DNA from: Candidatus Woesearchaeota archaeon
GTDB lineage: Archaea > Nanobdellota > Nanobdellia > Woesearchaeales > JAWBMQ01
Assembly: GCA_038828875.1 (NCBI GenBank)
Contig: JAWBMQ010000002.1
Coordinates: forward strand, 25,314 to 89,313
Length of the DNA: 64,000 nt
Reading direction: 5' to 3'
Positions 1 to 9,600 of the stretch are shown piece after piece (position 1 is the stretch's first letter; each line of letters begins with the position of its first letter). The notes below the pieces were generated by a model. That model was not told the origin of the DNA. It made no database searches and was given only the letters and a program-made list of their open reading frames with translations. The translations under genes were made by a program, and so were the position numbers.

Positions 1-13
1 AATTATTAGAGAT

Positions 14-2461
14 TTGAAAAAGATAAGGTTAGGTGTTCAGGAATTTATTTTTTCAGAGATGAAAGAATCAAAATATGAAAATTATTTTATTGTATTAGAT
101 CCAAAAGATAATGAATATATTTATTTTGAATTCAAAGATCCACAATGTAAATATTATAATAAAAAAGTAAAATACGAAGGAAAAGAATTAAAATTAGAAG
201 ATATAGTAATTAAAGTTTTTAATCCAGTAATAGAATTAGAAGAATGTAAAGAAGGAGCGACAAAGATTTCTCAAAGTTATGAAGTATCTTTAAGAGATAG
301 AAATGAAGATATAAATCAATATATAAATCTTTTGAGTTTATCTACAGATCAAGGGAAAATAATTTTCCCAGAAGTAGTGTTATCTTCAATAGAAGAAAAT
401 CAGCCCTATTATTTTGATAAAGAAATTTATTATACTAGATCTCTTAAAAAAGTAGCTAATACAGTAAATATTAATATAAATGATTATTTAGTTGAAAACT
501 GCCCAACAGATAAAGGAGTTATTGTTAAGAACTATGTCTCTATTAAAGATTATTTAGGAAATTATTACAACGTTCCGGTAGAATTTGTTCTAAAGAAAAA
601 GAATGCAGCATTAAATTGTTATGCAAAATTAGAATCAGTTTCTTCAGAATTAGATCTGAGTTCAACTAATGAATTAAAAGTTAACTTTGATTATGGTGCT
701 TGTAGTAAAGTTTTGCTTTATTTAAACAATAATCCAATTGATGTAACAGGTAAAAAAGTTCATACCTTTGAAATAATCAATACAGGAAGGTATGATTTAA
801 AATTAAAATGTGAAAATTCTTTTTTAGGGTTTTCTTGCGAAGATGCAAAATCAGTTAATGTTAAAAGAACAAATACCGAAACGTGTAGTTTTTCAATAAT
901 CCTTGATAGTAATCAATTTAAAGTTGGTGAAACCACAGTATTAAAAGTAGTTGCTAATAATGCAGAAAAATGGAATTTAACAATAATAACTCCTAAAGGA
1001 GTTAAAGTAAATCAACAATATATTAATAGGAGAGAATCTATTAATTTGAAATTTGATGAAGCAGGAACTTATAAACTTGAATTAAATTGTTATATTAATG
1101 GAATGATTAAAGGTAGATCCTCCAAAGAAATAGTAGTTTCACAAGATTCTTCAAATTACGAGTGTTTAGGCTTCAACAATCTCATCATTGATTCCGAGGT
1201 ATTCAAAGAAAATACAATAATTAATAAAGATATTTCAGATTTCTTTTCAAAATTTAGTATTGAAAGAGAAAATAGACCAACATTATTTAATGAACTATTG
1301 CCAGAAGAAGTAGAAATAAAGTTTAATTTTAACAATAATAAAGTTTCCGTTTTCAAAATATCTAATCTTAAACAAAACTATGAAAAAATAAATGAAGTTT
1401 CATATTCTGATTATACTATTAAACTAAATTTAACATATGATAAAGAAAGTAGTAAACTTTTAGCTAATATTTTTTACGATTTTAAAGAAATGCCTGTTGA
1501 TAATAATTGGAATTTTTTTATGAATACTTTAAAAAGTAAAAACATATCATTTAAAGCATTGAAAACATTTGATAAGATTATAGCAATCGAAGTTATAAGT
1601 TATTGTAAAGATCCTAGCAATAGAGATGTTTCAAAAAGAAATGTTTTTAAGTTTGATAAAAATTATGACTCTTTGGAAAGTAATATTAATAATATCACCA
1701 ATTTAATGAATTATTTAGATTGTTTCTACAATACGATAGATTCAACCAACAAAGTTATCACTCGTCAAAATCCATTCCTCTTTGAGTATCCTGCATCAAT
1801 ATTAAAACTTTTGAATGAAAATTATAGGATTAGCATGAATAAGATAATTTTTATTAACGGTGGATCAAGTTCAAGCTACTTCAGTTTTTGTTTAGAATAT
1901 TACCGAAATAGAAATTCAACAAATTACTGTACTAAATTTATCAAGTTAGATGAAAAACTAAATAATGATCTTCAGTTAATAAATAATTCGAATACAATAA
2001 CTTTAGAAGTTCCTTCTAAAACTGAAGTTAAATTATTTTCCCAACTCTTTTATAAAGATAAAAATAATGATGTAGTTAATATGAATTTAGATGAAATTTA
2101 TAGTGGCGTTACTTCTGAGCAATTTAAGTTTGAGTCACAATATCTAAACAAAATCAATTCTGAAATAAATACTGATCTTTTTACAAGAATACTTCTTAAA
2201 AATAATAATGTTTATTTTTATTTTGAGAAATATTCAATTCCTTTGAATCAGCTTAAAAATTATCAGCTTATCTTTACAAATTTTCATACAAATCAATATT
2301 TGTCAAGAGGAATGATGATTTTAAAACTACTTAATGAAATTAAGTTACAAGGAATAACAGATGCCGAAATTGCGGATATCTTTAAATTTAATAAAAATGA
2401 GCAGATACGTGATGGAGAAAATATTAAGAAAGTTAAAGATTTTTGTGGAGAATTTAAATAA
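14..2461 (+). CDS. Large (>=815 aa) beta-rich secreted/surface protein; N-terminus probably lies upstream of the window
   Basis: Long ORF opening with a TTG at 14. The frame stays open back to position 2, so the gene is likely 5'-truncated by the window edge. Paired Cys motifs and an Ig-like composition. No catalytic motifs recognised. Confidence 0.5.
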   Translation: MKKIRLGVQEFIFSEMKESKYENYFIVLDPKDNEYIYFEFKDPQCKYYNKKVKYEGKELKLEDIVIKVFNPVIELEECKEGATKISQSYEVSLRDRNEDINQYINLLSLSTDQGKIIFPEVVLSSIEENQPYYFDKEIYYTRSLKKVANTVNININDYLVENCPTDKGVIVKNYVSIKDYLGNYYNVPVEFVLKKKNAALNCYAKLESVSSELDLSSTNELKVNFDYGACSKVLLYLNNNPIDVTGKKVHTFEIINTGRYDLKLKCENSFLGFSCEDAKSVNVKRTNTETCSFSIILDSNQFKVGETTVLKVVANNAEKWNLTIITPKGVKVNQQYINRRESINLKFDEAGTYKLELNCYINGMIKGRSSKEIVVSQDSSNYECLGFNNLIIDSEVFKENTIINKDISDFFSKFSIERENRPTLFNELLPEEVEIKFNFNNNKVSVFKISNLKQNYEKINEVSYSDYTIKLNLTYDKESSKLLANIFYDFKEMPVDNNWNFFMNTLKSKNISFKALKTFDKIIAIEVISYCKDPSNRDVSKRNVFKFDKNYDSLESNINNITNLMNYLDCFYNTIDSTNKVITRQNPFLFEYPASILKLLNENYRISMNKIIFINGGSSSSYFSFCLEYYRNRNSTNYCTKFIKLDEKLNNDLQLINNSNTITLEVPSKTEVKLFSQLFYKDKNNDVVNMNLDEIYSGVTSEQFKFESQYLNKINSEINTDLFTRILLKNNNVYFYFEKYSIPLNQLKNYQLIFTNFHTNQYLSRGMMILKLLNEIKLQGITDAEIADIFKFNKNEQIRDGENIKKVKDFCGEFK

Positions 2462-2599
2462 GATGGAAAAATATCAAAAATATTTTTTATTATTTTCTAG
2501 TATCCTGTAAATAAAAAATAGTTGTAGATAACGTCTAATATCTAAAAAATTTCATATTTTTCGAAAAATTTAAAAATAAAAATGTCATTAATTTTTTAA

Positions 2600-3139
2600 T
2601 TGAGGGTAATTATGAACTCAATAGTTAATAAAAAATCTCAAACTACCGAAGAATTAACTTTGTGGATAGTTAGAATTATAATTGTTGTTTTAGCATTAAT
2701 TTCTTTATACAATTTTATTAGAGCATTAATAAATACTCCAGTGTATATTTATGAAGTTAAAGGAAAATATCTTTTTGATAGGTTATTTTACACATATGAT
2801 GGAATTTCTTGCATTGAAAAAAGAGAAAAAAATAACATAATTCTGAATTACTGTGTTGATTCTCAACGGTTAAAAACATTTGAATCAAGATTTAGTAAGC
2901 TTTATGACCCTAACTATATTTCTGTTTTTATAGTTCTAATTACTCAATCAGCAAGTGGAAATCAAATAAAAGAAACTTTTGTTTTCAATAAAGATCATTT
3001 TTTAACATTCTTTCCAGAGGCGTTAGCAAATAAAGTTGATTATCATATTCATTATGAAAGCAAGTATGTAAAATTTAGAGATGGAAATGTTGAAACTTTA
3101 GCTAAAATAGGAGCAATTATTATATTTCCAAAAGAATAA
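2600..3139 (+). CDS. Small membrane-anchored protein with a possible class III (type IV pilin-like) signal peptide
   Basis: N-terminus is ...NKKSQ followed by a long hydrophobic helix (LTLWIVRIIIVVLALISLY). RBS-like GAGGGT lies upstream. The NKKSQT motif is shared with the ORF at 19791..21071. Confidence 0.4.
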   Translation: MRVIMNSIVNKKSQTTEELTLWIVRIIIVVLALISLYNFIRALINTPVYIYEVKGKYLFDRLFYTYDGISCIEKREKNNIILNYCVDSQRLKTFESRFSKLYDPNYISVFIVLITQSASGNQIKETFVFNKDHFLTFFPEALANKVDYHIHYESKYVKFRDGNVETLAKIGAIIIFPKE

Positions 3140-3147
3140 AAAATAAA

Positions 3148-3678
3148 ATGGTAAAAAAGGCACAACAATATATTACTTTATTCATTGCAATACTTTTAAT
3201 ATTTTTTTTAATTTTTGGTACAGGAGTAATAATTTCATCATTATCTTTACAAGGAGAAAAAATTACATTATTAATCAATAGTGATTTGGAATCTATTTAT
3301 GCAATAATAGATACACCACTTTATTTATCTTTGAACGATATATCTGATAGTAAGATATATTATAAAGATATTGCTTTAGTAAATTTGCTTAGTGTTTCTT
3401 ATCAAAATAGTATAGATTCTTTACAATATATATTTGAAAAGTATAATTCAACATTTAAGCAAGTTTTCAACGATCTTGTTTGTATAGAGCAATATGAATT
3501 AGATTCAGATGGAAAAAAATCAAATATTGTAATGTATAATGAATGTAAAAAATCAAAAGATTCAGTTTTATTGACTTTTGGCAAGTATAATTTTAAGATA
3601 TCAATCCAGAAAGAATCCGATCAAAAGTTTATAATGAATGAAGCTTTAGAATATTTGAAAAATGTACAGCAAAATTAA
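3148..3678 (+). CDS. Small pilin-like membrane protein (KKAQ followed by a hydrophobic helix)
   Basis: The N-terminus MVKKAQ/QYITLFIAILLIFFLIFG resembles an archaeal prepilin (class III) signal. It sits immediately upstream of the giant protein gene and overlaps it by 17 bp. Confidence 0.4.
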   Translation: MVKKAQQYITLFIAILLIFFLIFGTGVIISSLSLQGEKITLLINSDLESIYAIIDTPLYLSLNDISDSKIYYKDIALVNLLSVSYQNSIDSLQYIFEKYNSTFKQVFNDLVCIEQYELDSDGKKSNIVMYNECKKSKDSVLLTFGKYNFKISIQKESDQKFIMNEALEYLKNVQQN

Positions 3679-6600
3679 GAAAAAATTATTTAGAAATAAA
3701 AAAGGAGTTAATCCTTTTGATGTAGTTTTAGTACTTACATTAACTTCAACAATTATATTTTCATCTATGTTTTTAATATATAGAAAATCCTCACCATCAA
3801 TGATACAGGATTTGGTAAATTCTATATATTCTTATAGAGAATCAGTAAATAGAGATATGTTAAATAATTATCAAGATTCTTTGGTTGATGAAATGTTACC
3901 TTGGGAAGTAGTTTTATCAATTTATGAAAGAGACGGAGAAGGAAAAAAATACAGTAATGATTTGCAACAAAAGATAAGTGCTTCTTTTTATGATGATATG
4001 GTAGGATATTTTTTTGTTATGAACAATATTGATGAAAGTTTCTTAATTGATAAAGTTAGAATTTTATTGCAAGATAAAATTGGATACATTCAAGATATAA
4101 AATATGATTTTTACAATGATAAAATTAAGATTTTTTCATATATTAACAAGGAAGAAGCTTTGAAGGCATCAGCACAAGCATATCGTTTAGAATTATCAAA
4201 AAGTAAAGAATTTCTGTTACAAATTGCTAAAAACGACTGGTCAGATAATTGTCTTTATCTTTTTTTAAATTATTCTGAAAATAAATTGACTTTACCTAAT
4301 GCAATAATATCAGATGATGTTGTACCATTTTACTTGACTTATTTAGCTTCTGATATAAGGTGCACTCCTTTTTGTAGAAGTGGATTCTATAATTTTGAGA
4401 TTTCTGGAATTTCATGTGGTAGTAATAAATTATTCAATAGAGATGGAATTGAAGAAGAAGTTTCTTCAGATATACAAAATACAATTATTACTACTATTGA
4501 TAATTTAAAGCAAGTCTTGACTTTTGTCGATAAGTTGCCATTCGATGCAGAAAATAAATTAAAATTAGTTGCATATCTTATTAAATATCATCCTAACAAA
4601 AAAATAGTTTCTTCTTTATCAACTTTAGATTTGAAAGATCCTAAAAGTTTAGAAGATGCAATCTTAACAATATGTACTAAAGATTTAATAGAGAAGGATT
4701 TTTGTTATTCACGATTGAATAAACTTGAAAAAGATTATAATACCTTTAAATATGATTTTGGTTTAACTAAAAATTACGTTTTTGAAAAAAGCGAAATTTC
4801 TAAAGTTAAAGATGAACGGTTATTAGAATGGACTTATCTTTCTAAACCGTTTCCAATTAAAGAAGTTTCAAAATTATATGTTAATTTTACAGAGATATTT
4901 AAAAAATACGATTTAGGTATAATGATTCTTCCAGATAAAAGAAACCTTACAAATATTACAGAATACTTAAATAATTATTATAACGAAAAAAATGAAACAT
5001 TCAATAAAGTTTTTTTCAATTCTTTGTGGGGATTTAATTTTTCGATTTCTAAAGAGAAATCTAACGATACTGTTGTTTTTGAAGAGTTAGTTGGAGTTAG
5101 TTTTCTTTATTCATTATATTTAAATTCTTTAGCCTTAAAAGATTGTGATATAAATTATGATTTCTTCGATCTAAAGAAAAATGTAGGAACAGATAAATAC
5201 AAATACGATAATTTAATTTTTAATTTAGAAACATTTACAGATAGTGAAAAAACGATTGTTGATAATATTACTCTTGAAATAAAATTAACTGATGGAACAA
5301 AAAAATCATACAAAATAAGTTTTTCCCAGATTAGAGCACTTAATAATGTTTCAATTACTAAAGATACTAGTGTTGATAAATTAAAATTATGTACTGAATT
5401 AACATTTTATTATGTGGTTCCTTTTAGCACTTTCGGTGAATTGATTCCAAAAAAATTAGAATATTCAGTTATTGAATCGGATTTAGAAAAAAAATGGAGA
5501 TTATCAAACTATGAGTATAATTTTTTGTTAGTTATTGAAGGAGAAAAAATTTCACAACATATTTTGAAAGATATAAAGGAAGTAACAATAGATAAATGTG
5601 TAAAATTTCAACCATATAATAATGATGCAATTTTGATTGATTTTTCTGAAAATGATGAAAATTGTCAAAACTTGAAGAATGAAATTATTAGCAATAAAGA
5701 TCAATGGGAAATTTCATGTATAAATGGATTAACTAATGATTTTCTTGCAGAATCAACATATATTCCATTAAAAGAAGGTGATTCAAGAGAAAGTAAGTTT
5801 AGAAATCTTAGAGCTAAAGCAAGAACCTCTTATAAATTAGCCGATATTTTAGTTCAGGATTCATATAGTGGAGAGTATTTCTTCTTTGCAGAGATGGTAA
5901 TTTGTTCAGATGATGATTATCCTATTTTTGATAATTCTCTTACAAGTAGAACAATAACTAAAGAAAAATTAGCAAATATTAAGTTGAGAAATTTGAACAA
6001 GAATTATGATGGATATACTTTTATTGTTAATGACATTTTTCAAGAGAAGTTTGCTTTTATAGAATATTACAATCATAAAGATGATGAACCGCCAATGCTT
6101 GCAAAAATTGAAAAATCTTCTGGTATGTATACTATTACTTTTCTAACTGATTTAGATGTTTCTTTAAGAGATGGAGTTTGTTGGTTTTCAAAATCAAATA
6201 CTAATTATTATGAAATCAAAAATTTGAAAGTTTTTGTAAATAAAGATGTTGAAAAATATAATAAAATTTCTTTTGAAACTAATTATTCAAATATTTCAAA
6301 ATACAATTCTCCTTCAATCAGTTATCATACAGAAAATCAAATAAAATTAACTTTTGATATTAATTTTAGTTTTAATTTTACATCTGTAAGTTTGAAAAGA
6401 GCAAATATTTATAATGATATTTTATCAGCATTTATAATGAAAGACATTTGGAATATTACAGTAAGTGCGTTTCCATCTTTATCTTCTGCTTTTGCTTCTG
6501 CTCTTGCTTCAGCTTCTGATTTTTTCAATTGTTCCTTGAAAAATATTAAATTAGATTTAGATCCATATTACATGATTTACATAGCTGAAGGGTTGTTAAA

Positions 6601-9600
6601 CTGTGAATTAGTTTTGGAAGATGAATCTCATGATTTTATAAGTTATGATAAGGAGATTTCTGATTTATTAAATAATAACGAATTTATACTTTATGTTGAT
6701 CAAATGTTGGATGAAAAAAATACGGCGAAAGTTGAATGTTTATCATCTGTAGTTGGAAGTTATACGACAGGTGGTTCTACTTTAGTAGAAGATTGTGGAA
6801 TTGATTATTTTCAAGCTAGTAAAAATTCTATTGAAAAAGGTGATAGTGTAGATTTGAGTTATGGTTTAAAAGCGAATCGTGAATGTTTTTATCATCTAAG
6901 ATGTACTAACGGCTTAATTGACAAACCTATAAAATTAGCTCAACCGTTTGATAGTGATTTTTCTAATACGGATCCTGTTGTATTTGATGATATTGGAACT
7001 TATGAGTGTAAGCTAACTGTTGAACGAGATGGTGCTGAAGTTGCCTCACAAAGTCATATTATAGAGGTATTTGAAAAGTGTCAAGCAGAAATAATTAGTT
7101 TTGAAATAACGCCTTTAGTAGCAAAAAAAAGAGAAAATATTGATTTTAGCTTTGAAGTTAATCTATGTCCAAATAATTTTGTTAATTTATATTGTGTTAA
7201 TAAGGATTCTGGAAGTAAGATCCCTTTTGTTTCAAATAATATCGATTTGATTTACAAGCAAAAAAATTATTTTAATGAAATTGGTAAATATGATTGTAAT
7301 TTGGAAATAACGAGAAATTCAGTAGTAGAAATCTCAGATTCTAAGCAAATAGAAATTTTTGATGTTTCCGCTTTAGTTTCAACACCATCTGCAACTCCCA
7401 CAACATCTTGCACAGCTAAAATAAATTCTTTTGAATCTTCAAAAACTACGCTTAAACTTTCTGAATCTGTTGATTTAAGTTGGGATGCAACAATTTGTTC
7501 AGGTGATGAATTACTTCTTGAATGTAATGATGAAAATGGTATTCAGGAATTAAATTCTAAGGTAAATTCTATTGGTAAAAGAACATTTAATCCAAGTAAA
7601 GAAGGAACATACATTTGTAAGTTAAGCATTTTAAAGAGTTCTGGAGGAGTTGTTAGTAGATCATTATCTTTGAATGTAATGTGTGAAAGAAAAATCAACG
7701 ATTTCTTTGCTTCTCCTATAGAAGTATGTAAAGATGGAGACGTTTCATTATCATGGGATGTTAAGATTTGTAAAAATGAAAAAGTTAATCTTTATTGTAG
7801 TGTTGATAAAACAAACTATGATGTTACTTCTTTAGTTAGTAAAACCTATACTGTTAGTGATATAAATAATCATTTATGTACCCTTTCAATTCTAGATGAT
7901 TCAGGAAATGTTTTAGTATTCATGAACACTAATTTTAAATCACTTTCTTGTGTAGTACCTACATCAACAACCTCTTGTACTCCTAAAATTAATGAATTCA
8001 AATCTTCAAAGAGTAAAATTGAAATTATTAATTTAGCAAATAATGAGAAATTCACATTATCTTGGAATGCAAATTTATGCGGTAATGAAGAGCTTAATTT
8101 AGTTTGTAATCCAGGATCTATTAATCAAAAAGGTTTGTCAGCAAGTGGAACTTATAATGTAGTTGCAAATTTAGATGAAACCTATAGTTGCGAGTTGAAA
8201 TTAATTGATAAATCTGATGGTTCTATTATTGATGCCAAAGATGTTAAGGTTGAAGTTATTGATAAAAGAATAACATTCACATTAAATACTAATAAAATTG
8301 AATATTCAAGTACTGTGAAAGCAACATGGACGGCACCTGCAAAAGCTAAATCAGTTAAATTAATTTTAGATTATGATTCTTTGACTGATATTGAAGAGAA
8401 ATTATCTACTTCAGGAAGTAAAGATTATCAATTAAAAGATTTAGTAAAATTTATTTATATTGTAGAGTTTAGAGATGGTAGTTCAAAAAATATAGAATTG
8501 CCTGTATGTGTTTTACCAAAAGCTAGTTTATCTGTACAGCCGATTGGGTGTAAAAAATACAAAGTTGATTTAATTTTAGAGCATAATGAGAGATTTTTAA
8601 AAAATCAAATTAAAGATGTATCCATTTCTGATAAATCCGGATTAAGTGGAAGTTATTCATCTAATAAAATGAGTTATTCAACACAATTAGAAAACAAAGC
8701 ATCTGATTTAAATGATAAAGTAATAATTATGTTTAATAATTTTTGTAATACTCAAGAGGTTACATATAGATATCCACCAATGACTATTCCTTCATTTACA
8801 TTTTCTGGAAGTGTTCAACATAATGAATTTTTAGTTGAAGATTGTAATAAGAACACTTTTATACAAAAATATACTACAAAAATTACAGGTAATAATTTTT
8901 TGAATTATTTTGATAAATTTAGCTTACGTAGTATCACATCAGGAAATGAGTTTATTAAGGATTTATCTTTCAATGAATTTAACTCTAAAACAACTTATGT
9001 TTCAGGAGATATTGAAATAAATTTTGATAAAAGTGGAAATAAATTAGAAATTATTAGAAAGAATGTTCAAGCACCATGTGGATCTTTAGAATCTCCTGTA
9101 ACGCACCTTTTAACTCTTACAGATTGTAATGGTAAAAATTATGAAGTTTATTTTGAATTTACTTTTAAAAAGAAAGGAACAACAGTTTCGTCAACTTCAC
9201 CTAGTTCTTCAAAATCATGCAAAATTGATTCTTTTACAGTAACTCCATCTAAATTAGATTTAGCTAAAATTAAAAAATTTACAATAAGTTATAGTCTTTC
9301 AAATTCAATTGAAAATAAATTATATGTAAAAGGTCCAAAAGATACAGTATTTCAAGATAAGAGTGGGATATTAACACAAAAAGAATTAGTTCCAACTCAA
9401 TTAGGTAAATATATTTTTAATTTAACTTGCAAAGGAAATGATGGAATTATTAATAGTAAAGTTGTTGAAGCAGAGGTTGTAGAATCTTGTTATATAGATA
9501 AATTTACACTTTCATCAGAAAAAGTAAGTATAGGACAATCTGTTAAAATAACTGCTAATTTTAGGAATTCACAACTAAGAAAACTTTTAATAAATCGAAT

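Noticed and set aside
1156-1356. Short antisense ORFs embedded in longer genes: 1156-1356, 3402-3584, 7870-8055, 14296-14490, 14379-14654, 17512-17709, 20971-21153, 22266-22475, 23417-23602, 27070-27270, 29743-29946, 32185-32367, 38153-38368, 41265-41495, 43479-43670, 44296-44478, 45395-45700, 50219-50446, 53825-54037, 57032-57220, 58732-58977 and 62245-62499.
   Set aside because: Each lies entirely within a longer, better-supported ORF on the other strand. They have low-complexity or hydrophobic AT-driven composition and no SD. They are almost certainly shadow ORFs.
6481-6520. GCTTCT-like hexamer low-complexity tract (gcttctgcttttgcttctgctcttgcttcagcttct).
   Set aside because: It lies inside the giant ORF and encodes an S/A-rich linker (SSAFASALASAS). 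It is a coding low-complexity segment, not a regulatory repeat.
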